From Spirochaetales bacterium (lineage in GTDB: Bacteria; Spirochaetota; Spirochaetia; UBA9216), in contig JAEINK010000001.1 in assembly GCA_016342585.1 (NCBI GenBank), forward strand, positions 137,287 through 201,286: DNA of 64,000 bases. Direction: 5' to 3'. This document shows positions 1 to 8,509 of the stretch, piece by piece (positions within the stretch are counted from its first letter, which is position 1; every line of letters starts with the position of its first letter). The notes beneath the pieces are model-generated. The model saw only the letters and a program-made list of their open reading frames with translations. It had not been told where the DNA came from and did no database searches. Both the position numbers and the translations under genes were made by a program.

Positions 1-544
1 CTGCCGCTGCCGTATTGCCTATCTCATCATACAACAGAACCAGGGATAAAAGGGCCCGTCTGTTCTCCGGAGAGATTCTTAAGGCATTCCGATACCTTTC
101 GGCAGCATTTTGCATTTTACCATTGGCGATCTCTAGTTCTGCCAAACCAAATTGAGCATCAATATTGTAAGGTTCCAGGGCCAGGACCATAGAAAAATTA
201 TCATTGGCATGTACAAAATCACCAAGCCCCAGGAGAATCCTGCCCTTAAGGTTTATCATATTCAGATCATTCTTATCGAACCGGATAGCTTCTTCCACCC
301 AATAGAGGGCTTCCTGATACTCTCCCAGGCCAAAATATGAACCGGCAAGCCCCTTAAGAGGGCCCACATAGGACGGGTTCATCTGCAGGGCAGTCTTATA
401 ACTCTCCACAGCCCGATAGTAGTCACCCATCATCCGAAAAGCCTCTCCTTCGGAGAAGACTTCTTGAACAGATGGGTTTGCCATTATAAGAGACATTGGT
501 AATATTATGAAAAATGTGACTAATATCTTACGAATCAGACCCAT
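1..544 (-). CDS. TPR-repeat protein, N-terminal part (gene continues beyond window start); probable signal peptide
   Basis: Hand translation of the minus strand from ATG at about 544 gives MGLIRKILVTFFIILPMSLIMANPS... followed by 34-residue TPR-like repeats (A..Y..AL..P.Y pattern). It is not in the ORF track because it has no stop in the window. It overlaps the corC stop by about 17 nt. Confidence 0.55.
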   Translation of the reverse strand, partial: MGLIRKILVTFFIILPMSLIMANPSVQEVFSEGEAFRMMGDYYRAVESYKTALQMNPSYVGPLKGLAGSYFGLGEYQEALYWVEEAIRFDKNDLNMINLKGRILLGLGDFVHANDNFSMVLALEPYNIDAQFGLAELEIANGKMQNAAERYRNALRISPENRRALLSLVLLYDEIGNTAAA

Positions 545-1316
545 CTATAGAGACCTTTTTAACAAGTTTTATAGTTTTAATCTTGTGCCCCTCCATATCA
601 TGAATAATAAACTCAGCCTCAGGCGTCTCTGCTTTTTCATATCTGACAGGTATTTTACCGAATAATTCAAAGACAAAGCCACCAAGTGTATCATAATCTT
701 TATCTGAAAGATTTAAATTGGTGATCTCATTCAAATCCTCTATATCTATTCTGGCATCACAGAGGTATGTATTCTCTCCGATTTCCATAATATCTTCGAC
801 TTCATTATCAAATTCATCCTGGATATCACCAACGATTTCTTCAATAATATCTTCCATACAAACAATCCCCGAAACGCCGCCGTACTCATCGACAGCCACG
901 GCAATGTGTACTCGTCTCCTTTTAAATTCATATAAAAGAGAATCGAGTCTTTTACTTTCAGGCACGAAATAGGGTTTTCTGATGACCTCGGCAATATCTA
1001 TACTGCTGTTTTTCAGCATATTGTTCAGGAGATCCTTTACATAAAGAATACCAACGACATTATCAATTGTTTCATCATATACAGGGACCCTAGAATGTCC
1101 GCACTCTATCAGTGTTTCCAGAAGCTCTTTTTCGGGTGTATCATTCTCTATAAATACCACATCAATTCGAGGAACCATAACTTCTTTCACGGTGGTATCG
1201 GAAAGATCGACTATCCCCCTTATCATATCCTGCTCAACAGGATTCAACGAATTAAAGGCCTCTTCATCTTCACTGGCTTTCCGGAATATTTTTTCCATAA
1301 AGCCCTTTTTTTTCAC
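528..1316 (-). CDS. corC: CBS-pair plus CorC/HlyC transporter-associated domain protein (CorC/YbeX family Mg/Co efflux-associated)
   Basis: 262 aa with two CBS motifs and a C-terminal CorC_HlyC-like region. Conserved position downstream of ybeY in the ybeZ-ybeY-ybeX operon. 4-nt overlap with ybeY. Confidence 0.8.
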   Translation of the reverse strand: MKKKGFMEKIFRKASEDEEAFNSLNPVEQDMIRGIVDLSDTTVKEVMVPRIDVVFIENDTPEKELLETLIECGHSRVPVYDETIDNVVGILYVKDLLNNMLKNSSIDIAEVIRKPYFVPESKRLDSLLYEFKRRRVHIAVAVDEYGGVSGIVCMEDIIEEIVGDIQDEFDNEVEDIMEIGENTYLCDARIDIEDLNEITNLNLSDKDYDTLGGFVFELFGKIPVRYEKAETPEAEFIIHDMEGHKIKTIKLVKKVSIDGSDS

Positions 1317-1771
1317 AGTATCACTTCTCCTATTTTATTCAGTATTTCTTCTTGAAATATTAACATTTTTTCACCGGGATCATTTGTGGCATGATCAAAG
1401 CCTGCCAAATGCAGTATCCCATGAAGAATCAATCTCCTTAACTCTTCATCCCGGCTGACCTGGAATTCGGTACAGTTTCTATCCAGGTATTCAAGGGATA
1501 TAATAATATCCCCCGCATAGAAACTCTCGCTATTTACCGGAACTGGTATATCGCCATCACTCTGACAGAAAGAGAGAACATCCGTAGGTGTATCCTTCTC
1601 CCTGAAATCACGATTCAACCCTCTGATATAAGCGTTATTCGTAAAAACCAGTGAAATTTCCCACTTCTCTTTTTCTAAATATTCAAGAACCTTCCGGCAA
1701 TAGATTTCAGCCCTCTCGAACCATATCTGTTCTTTCACATCATAACAGGAAATTTCAATGTTGTTTATCAT
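1313..1771 (-). CDS. ybeY: rRNA maturation endoribonuclease YbeY
   Basis: 152 aa. Zinc-binding motif HGILHLAGFDH near the C-terminus. Operon context with phoH and corC. Confidence 0.9.
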   Translation of the reverse strand: MINNIEISCYDVKEQIWFERAEIYCRKVLEYLEKEKWEISLVFTNNAYIRGLNRDFREKDTPTDVLSFCQSDGDIPVPVNSESFYAGDIIISLEYLDRNCTEFQVSRDEELRRLILHGILHLAGFDHATNDPGEKMLIFQEEILNKIGEVIL

Positions 1772-3996
1772 TTTTTATTCTTTCCATTAAGCTCAGGCTG
1801 ATTTTTCATATCCGGATATTCTATCCTGGTATGAAAATGTCCTGCTAAAATCTGAACAAAGGTTTTTTTAATAGTCTCAAGATCACGAAATGTGAGTTCA
1901 CACCCTCGCATCTGCTGTTTTTCCACCTTATCCATGATAATTTCCCATATAAATTTCTCAAGTTTTGCCACATTAGGTTTCACTAAAGTTCTCGAGGCGG
2001 CTTCAACTGAATCGGCAAGCATGACTATCGCCGCCTCTCTGCTCTGAGGAGGAATTCCATGATAGGAGAAATCTTCGGGCTTTACCTTACCATTTTGCTC
2101 TTTCATAGCCTGTATATAAAAGTAGGAAATAAGCCCGCTCCCATGGTGCTGATCAATTATATCAATCACCTCTTTAGGAAGAGTGAGCTCTTTTCCCTTC
2201 TCCACACCAATCTTAACATGTGTTTTAATCACGGTGGTTGAGAGGGTCGGTTTCAATTCATCATGTTTATTTCCAACCGTCTGATTTTCAGCAAAGTATT
2301 CCGCCTGATCAATTTTACCGATATCATGATAGTAGGCACCGACTCTGGCAAGAAGGGCATTGGCCCCTATCTCTCTTGATGCAGATTCGGCAAGGTTTGC
2401 TACGGATATGGAGTGACCATAAGTTCCCGGCGCGAGTACCAGCATGCGTTTAAAGAGGGGGGTATTCAAATCTGACAGTTCCATTAGCCGTGAGGGAGTT
2501 GCGGCATTCAGCAGATGTTCAATAAATGGAAGTATTCCGATGGCCAGGATACCGCTGGCCATACCATTCAATGCACCCAACCCAAGCATACTGACTAATC
2601 TGCTGAAGGTAAGCCCCTTCAATAAACCTATGATAAAAAGAACAATACCACCGGATAATGCCAGTATCCCGGTAGCCCTTATGAGGTACCCTTTCTTCTC
2701 CGATGAAGAAACGGCAACCGAACCGATTATCCCGGTAAAAAGGGCAAAAAGGAAGGCATAGGGCTCCATTCTTGTCTGAAGAAGTAAACCCAAAGAGTAG
2801 ATGATCGTGATAAAAATCCCGACCCTTGAATTTATAAGTATGGTCAGCATAACCGAAATCATAGCACTGGGCAGCAGCACACTGATTGGGTAAAAATCAC
2901 TGAAATTACCAAGTCTTATAATAAGCATTGCAAGAATAAAATAAACAAGGAGCCCACTGATCATGATTATCATCTGGGACCTTTTTATTGAAACCCGAAT
3001 TATCAGGGGGGACATGAAAATCCACGCCAGGACAAAAAGAATAACAAGATAGAAAATGGAACCGAAAATTGAGTAATTGCTTAAGGTCAAAGCATGATTC
3101 CCAAGAACCTTTATCTTAACGAGATCCTCGGGCGTTACGATAACTCCCTTTTGAAGAACCCGCTCCCCTTCCACGAGCAAACCGGATACGGGATCAACAG
3201 AATTTTCGGCAATCTTTCTATCCGCATCTGTAAAATCTGAATTATAGTAGGTATTCTCTCTCAAGAAGACTGAAAGGATAACTATGAGTGACTGCTGCCA
3301 TTCGGGTGGGAATTCTCCCGAATCCGTTCGCCTCTGAATCTCTGTTTCAATACTCTCCAGCGTAAAAATATCTTCCTTCTTTACTGTTATGCTGTTGGTT
3401 GTATCACTCCCTTGAAAGACTTTTACGACAGCATGGTAGGGGACTTCACCGGATGGAAAGCTGAAGACCCCATTATCCATATACTCAACCATAAGAGCTT
3501 CACTTAAAATTAAGATATCCTGAATATCCGGCTGTTCCTGAAGGGTCAAGACGTCCTGTCGGGAAAAAAATCCGGGAAGAATAGTCTGGAGTTTCAAAAA
3601 AAGATTCTCTCCATTTATACCCTGTCTTATGAGAACAGAAAAATTAAGCTTAAAGGTATCAAACTGAGTAAAGACAAGTTCTGAGATCTCTCTTTCCATG
3701 GAAAAAACAGGAGGAACAAGGAGAATCTCTGCTTCCATTTTTAATCTTGTAGCCTCTTCATCGGTATACGCTATATCCCTATCGACAACAAGCTCCCGGG
3801 GAGAGGGTTGACCAACAATATAATCTTCAATCTTTATTCTTCGGACTCCACTGGACTCTCTGGAAAAGAAAAATATAATAAAAAATAGCATGAAGGCTAT
3901 CACTATTGTGAGTGTTTTTACTATATCCCTGGTGACAAAACTTATAAGGCTGTGCAAAAGTGCTTTGAGCCTTTTATTTCCATTATTCTGCTTCAT
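1768..3996 (-). CDS. 7TM receptor with intracellular HD hydrolase (7TMR-HD / PgpH-like membrane HD-domain phosphohydrolase)
   Basis: 742 aa. N-terminal extracytoplasmic region, a block of about 7 hydrophobic helices, and a C-terminal HD domain (YYHDIGK..., HH...GSG). Classic position between phoH and ybeY. The family includes the c-di-AMP phosphodiesterase PgpH. Confidence 0.8.
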   Translation of the reverse strand: MKQNNGNKRLKALLHSLISFVTRDIVKTLTIVIAFMLFFIIFFFSRESSGVRRIKIEDYIVGQPSPRELVVDRDIAYTDEEATRLKMEAEILLVPPVFSMEREISELVFTQFDTFKLNFSVLIRQGINGENLFLKLQTILPGFFSRQDVLTLQEQPDIQDILILSEALMVEYMDNGVFSFPSGEVPYHAVVKVFQGSDTTNSITVKKEDIFTLESIETEIQRRTDSGEFPPEWQQSLIVILSVFLRENTYYNSDFTDADRKIAENSVDPVSGLLVEGERVLQKGVIVTPEDLVKIKVLGNHALTLSNYSIFGSIFYLVILFVLAWIFMSPLIIRVSIKRSQMIIMISGLLVYFILAMLIIRLGNFSDFYPISVLLPSAMISVMLTILINSRVGIFITIIYSLGLLLQTRMEPYAFLFALFTGIIGSVAVSSSEKKGYLIRATGILALSGGIVLFIIGLLKGLTFSRLVSMLGLGALNGMASGILAIGILPFIEHLLNAATPSRLMELSDLNTPLFKRMLVLAPGTYGHSISVANLAESASREIGANALLARVGAYYHDIGKIDQAEYFAENQTVGNKHDELKPTLSTTVIKTHVKIGVEKGKELTLPKEVIDIIDQHHGSGLISYFYIQAMKEQNGKVKPEDFSYHGIPPQSREAAIVMLADSVEAASRTLVKPNVAKLEKFIWEIIMDKVEKQQMRGCELTFRDLETIKKTFVQILAGHFHTRIEYPDMKNQPELNGKNKK

Positions 3997-4852
3997 ATGC
4001 GTCGATTATCTTCTTTACAAGGGGATGGCGGACAACATCCTGAGCCTTGAATTCATAAAAACCAATATCTGCTATATCATTCAACAAATTGGCAGCATGA
4101 ATCAATCCACTCCTGTCCTTTCTGGGTAGATCAATCTGAGTAATATCTCCGGTAACCACCATCTTTGAACCTTCTCCCATTCGGGTAAGAAACATCTTCA
4201 TCTGTTCACGAGTGGTATTCTGGGCCTCATCCAGTATTATATAGCTGTTGGTCAGGCTCCTTCCTCTCATATAGGCAAGGGGTGCGATTTCTATGATCCG
4301 GTTCTCCTGCATTCTTGATATAGTCTCTCCAGGAAGAAGATAGTCCATGGCATCATAAAGAGGTCTCAGATAGGGACTTACCTTCTGTTCAAGATCTCCG
4401 GGGAGATACCCAAGACTTTCCCCGGCCTCCACGACAGGCCTCGTTAGAACAAGTTTTCTCTTTTTCTTTTCAAGAACTTCTTTCAGGGCATGGGCTACCG
4501 CAAGAAACGTTTTTCCCGTACCGGCAGGACCATAGCAAAAAACAACATCATGTTTATCCATACCTTCAATATATTTAGCCTGACGGTAGGTTCTTGGCAT
4601 AATTCTGTTTCTTCCGGGAATCTTAATATATTTATTCTTAATAAAATCGGGACTTTTATCCTTTTCATCAATGGATTGAAACAGCACTTTTATAGTATCT
4701 GGATCAGGGGCCATCCCCTGATCAATATATTCCAGAATCTTTTCTATCATTGTTTCAAATTTTCTTTGAACTGCTGAAGATTCGGACACGATTTGTATTT
4801 CATTACCACGAGTATATATTTCAACACCGAGGAGTTCCTCAATTAGCTTCAA
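3983..4852 (-). CDS. phoH: PhoH-like ATPase (YbeZ)
   Basis: 289 aa. Walker A GPAGTGKTFLAVAHA and DEAQN Walker B. Sits at the start of the ybeZ-ybeY-corC operon. Confidence 0.9.
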   Translation of the reverse strand: MKLIEELLGVEIYTRGNEIQIVSESSAVQRKFETMIEKILEYIDQGMAPDPDTIKVLFQSIDEKDKSPDFIKNKYIKIPGRNRIMPRTYRQAKYIEGMDKHDVVFCYGPAGTGKTFLAVAHALKEVLEKKKRKLVLTRPVVEAGESLGYLPGDLEQKVSPYLRPLYDAMDYLLPGETISRMQENRIIEIAPLAYMRGRSLTNSYIILDEAQNTTREQMKMFLTRMGEGSKMVVTGDITQIDLPRKDRSGLIHAANLLNDIADIGFYEFKAQDVVRHPLVKKIIDAYEAE

Positions 4853-4978
4853 ATTTTCATCCTGCGCCCCGCATAAACTCTTAAGGCTTGCAGAATCATC
4901 AAGAATGACGGCAAGATTAGTACTGATACAATTCCTCCTAATACATAAGTGTAGCTTTCAGGATACTACAGAGTCAAG

Positions 4979-7900
4979 TTAAAACACAATTTCATTATCA
5001 TTTATATCAACCTTGGCCTCAAGATCGGTCCAGGCTTTCCAGTTAACATAAATAGAAAACTTTGATACCCATTCATACACATTATAATCTCCGCTCTCTT
5101 TAACCTCAGGCGACCCCGTAAGTTCAAGAACAAGATCCCAGTCATGAAGATCATGAGTCATGGAAAGTTTCATTGAATTCAGATTGAAATTTGAATCAAT
5201 TCTATCCTGTTCCACAAAAAAGTTGAAGGATTTAAAAAGATCTTCAAAGGGATTAAGGGCATCCACACCGGCAATCTCTGCCATGGAGGGGAAATATCTG
5301 AAAGTAGCATTATTCTTTGAACTTGAAGTGAGGGAGAGTGTCATAAAATCGTGTATTGTACAGGAAAACGTCAAGTCAAATTTAAAATTACTGTCAGTAA
5401 ACTGGATTAAATCCATATTCCAGGATGTATTTACCTTTGCCCCGATTTTAATCCTGTTTTTCCAGAACATCCACTCTTTCAGATCGTATTGATATTGCAA
5501 TGAAAGGGAATCTGGAAGAAAATCTTCCGTACTACCTGATTTTATCTGCCATCCATCATCGAGGGAGAACGTATAAGGATACTGACGCTTTAGACCGAAA
5601 GAAGCTGTCAGCTGCCATAAAGAGAGATTTAGGGTGGCAGATTCCGCCTGAGTTTCATCCAAATCATAGGTGAACTTTCCGTTGAGTTTTATATCCCCGT
5701 CAAGCAGTTTAAGATTAGCAGAGGTTATGCTGCTCCCCCAATACTCATCTTCCCATATATAGCTTATTTTTTGACTCATAGAGAAATATTCATTCAGATT
5801 AAATGTTTCATTCAGTGTAAGAGGCTGTTTCTCCCAGATTTTTTCATCATCAGAATCGGTTTTCTGACTGATTTCCATGCTGAAAGCTGAGGTTAAAGGC
5901 CCGGTGACCAGATTCAAAGCGGTAGCATATTTCATATTATCCGGGGGAAGATCAATATTAAAACTCAAAGATTGTTTATCATCAAAGAGCTCCCCTTTTA
6001 AATTAAAAATCAGGGAGTGGGTAATAATATACTCTTCATCCCATTCAAAAAACAGGGATTCATATTCGTTATTTTCAGAATCCCAGTCCCAGAGATATAG
6101 GTTGGTTTTAAACTGATAACTCATCGTCGTACTTTTCAGCCTATCGTAATACTGAAAAGGAGTTACGGTTAATCCAAGATTATTATTAATAGTCAGGTTG
6201 TTAAGAGCATCGGCCTGATCCTGATAATTCTGCCATTCCGAATCTTCAAGACCATCACTGCGATAGAAATAGTCATTATATTTGCCGGTAGCATCCAAAG
6301 AATTTTTAAAGGAGAGAAGATTATCCATGAAGGTAGCATTATAATTGATATTTCCACGGAGATTCCCCCTGAATACCTGGTATTCGGTGATATAATCTAT
6401 ATCCGAAGCCTGCTCCCAATCGTCACTGTCGAATTTACCATAAAAACTGCCATCGGGTACAATTGACCATGAAAGAGAATCTGTATACCAGCTGATACTG
6501 GAAACCTGAGAAGTAGAAAAATTAGAAAAAATATCCTGAATTAATATATTTTCCTCTTCATTCAGTTCCTCTTCATTCAGTTCTCCTTTATTGTGTTCAT
6601 CAAGAGTCTGGTCTCCCGGGTCCTCCTCAACTTTGTCGGCCCAGGGTGATAGAAGCCCCTCCAAAGAGGATTCAGAATCGCCTTCCACCACGACTTTATC
6701 CTTACCATCCTGAAGAAGTTTCCCTGAGAGATTAATTGAGTAATCCAGATATGTCAGACCTGAAGGATAGAAGAATGAGTCGATGCTCGTATCAATAAGA
6801 TCGGTGGGCATACTTTTCTTTGACCATGTCATTGAAAAATTCAGCCTGTTAAGGGAGGCTGAGTTCAAGTATGGAGCCAATGAGCCGGTAGAAGGTTTAA
6901 ATGAGGTTTTTAACTCCCATTTTTCGGAAGAGATGAGGGAGCTGGTACTGCTCCTCCGTGTGGAATCCTCAGTGGTATCAAAATTCGCAAACTCATCGAG
7001 TTCAATGTCCTCTTTACGTTCATTAAAATCCACAAGGAAATAGGGATCCGAATATATTGGTAAATCGAGCCCAAGGGAGAATTTCCCAAGGGACATGGAC
7101 ATATTCACATCGAAGGCAAATCGAAAAGGGATATCATAATTAAGAAAAAAGCCATCTTCCCAATTGCTGACATACTCTCCATCATCGTTCTTTTGAAAAG
7201 GAGTATAGATACTACCGGAAGAATAAACCTGTCTGCTTTTAGCCAGGCCAAGATAAATCTCTACTTTTGTAACAGGCCCAAGTTTATTCAATGTTCCTGA
7301 AAGGCCCAAAAAGCCCCCCATATATGAATAATAATCGGCCATCATTTTCAGTGTAGAACCTGTATCCTTGGCATACTCTCTTGAATCACGCTGTATTGAG
7401 CTAAGGCCATTACTCTCCCGTAAGAAAAGGCCCTCTATCTCACGTTCAAAATCTTCATCACCGGTTACCTGCATAAAATCTATGATACTATCCTCTTCCT
7501 TCTTCTCCTTCTCTCCAAGTAAGTAGGTAGTTGTCTGAAATGTATATCCACTATCCGATACAAAACCGACGGTAGGATTAAAAAAGAGGGGATCCCCATT
7601 TTTAAGGAACCCGGGAATATAAAACATGGGAACGCGACCTACATAAAAAATACCATTTAAAATAGCCCATTCACCGGGAGCAAGGACCCATATTTTCCTG
7701 GCCTTTATCTCCAGGTGGGGGTCTTCCCTATCACAGGTTGTTATACTTCCATTACTCAGGATTACCGTATCCCCGCTCGATCTATAAATAACATCCCCGT
7801 AATAGTAGAACTTGATAAGATCATTGGCATCTGTATCTTTTATGGTGGTATCCCGTTCAGACATCCCCTGAAAAAAGAGACCTGCCCAGGAGTCTATATC

Positions 7901-8503
7901 AAAGGTGAGGGAATTCCCCCGAAAAACTTCAGGGGACTCTTCCCCCTTCTTCTCAAGGGAGTAAATTACATTTCCATAGGCTGTTATAATCTGCTCTTCC
8001 TGGTTGAAATCGAGGAGATCAGCAGAAATTTTATGTACCGCCCCGGATTCCTCGGTAAATGTAAGGAGAACTTCGCCTGTGAATGTGATGTTGGTTCTGT
8101 CGTCTACCGTGGTGAATTCTAAAAGATTTGAATCTTCCAGCTCAAGCAGACTGGCGTCCTTACTTTTTTGCTTTTCAACGGGAGCAGAAACTTCATAGTA
8201 GCTGTACAGCCTACGCTTCAGGGCATCACTGTTCCCGGATTCATCAAGTTCAAGCCTGCGGCACCAGGTCAGAAGATCGTAGTAGGAAGAGACAGAAATA
8301 TCGAGAGGAAGTGTTCTGGATATGAGAGACTCAGGACTTTCTTCAGTTTCCTCCGGGGGATCACCTAACGAAGCGCTTCTATCAGCCTCATTACTCCTGT
8401 TTTCTAGATCTTCCAATTCAGGATTTCCTCCCTCCTGAGCAGAAAGATTCAGGAATGAGAGGAGCAATATTATTATAAATAAAGTTTTTTTGATAAATGT
8501 CAC
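4979..8503 (-). CDS. Large secreted outer-membrane protein, LptD/OstA-like (putative LPS-assembly protein)
   Basis: 1174 aa. Signal peptide MTFIKKTLFIIILLLSFLNLSAQ. Acidic low-complexity N-terminal region. The segment ITFTGEVLL...ITAYGNVIYS...YYYGDVIYRSSGDTVILSNGSITTC resembles the OstA/LptA N-terminal beta-jellyroll. The long aromatic-rich C-terminal region is consistent with a beta-barrel ending in F. The functional call is tentative. Confidence 0.45.
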   Translation of the reverse strand: MTFIKKTLFIIILLLSFLNLSAQEGGNPELEDLENRSNEADRSASLGDPPEETEESPESLISRTLPLDISVSSYYDLLTWCRRLELDESGNSDALKRRLYSYYEVSAPVEKQKSKDASLLELEDSNLLEFTTVDDRTNITFTGEVLLTFTEESGAVHKISADLLDFNQEEQIITAYGNVIYSLEKKGEESPEVFRGNSLTFDIDSWAGLFFQGMSERDTTIKDTDANDLIKFYYYGDVIYRSSGDTVILSNGSITTCDREDPHLEIKARKIWVLAPGEWAILNGIFYVGRVPMFYIPGFLKNGDPLFFNPTVGFVSDSGYTFQTTTYLLGEKEKKEEDSIIDFMQVTGDEDFEREIEGLFLRESNGLSSIQRDSREYAKDTGSTLKMMADYYSYMGGFLGLSGTLNKLGPVTKVEIYLGLAKSRQVYSSGSIYTPFQKNDDGEYVSNWEDGFFLNYDIPFRFAFDVNMSMSLGKFSLGLDLPIYSDPYFLVDFNERKEDIELDEFANFDTTEDSTRRSSTSSLISSEKWELKTSFKPSTGSLAPYLNSASLNRLNFSMTWSKKSMPTDLIDTSIDSFFYPSGLTYLDYSINLSGKLLQDGKDKVVVEGDSESSLEGLLSPWADKVEEDPGDQTLDEHNKGELNEEELNEEENILIQDIFSNFSTSQVSSISWYTDSLSWSIVPDGSFYGKFDSDDWEQASDIDYITEYQVFRGNLRGNINYNATFMDNLLSFKNSLDATGKYNDYFYRSDGLEDSEWQNYQDQADALNNLTINNNLGLTVTPFQYYDRLKSTTMSYQFKTNLYLWDWDSENNEYESLFFEWDEEYIITHSLIFNLKGELFDDKQSLSFNIDLPPDNMKYATALNLVTGPLTSAFSMEISQKTDSDDEKIWEKQPLTLNETFNLNEYFSMSQKISYIWEDEYWGSSITSANLKLLDGDIKLNGKFTYDLDETQAESATLNLSLWQLTASFGLKRQYPYTFSLDDGWQIKSGSTEDFLPDSLSLQYQYDLKEWMFWKNRIKIGAKVNTSWNMDLIQFTDSNFKFDLTFSCTIHDFMTLSLTSSSKNNATFRYFPSMAEIAGVDALNPFEDLFKSFNFFVEQDRIDSNFNLNSMKLSMTHDLHDWDLVLELTGSPEVKESGDYNVYEWVSKFSIYVNWKAWTDLEAKVDINDNEIVF

Positions 8504-8509
8504 CCGTTA

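Noticed and set aside
152-340. 62-aa plus-strand ORF at the left edge
   Set aside because: It lies antisense inside the TPR-protein coding region, which has clear repeat structure on the minus strand. No RBS and no recognizable motif.
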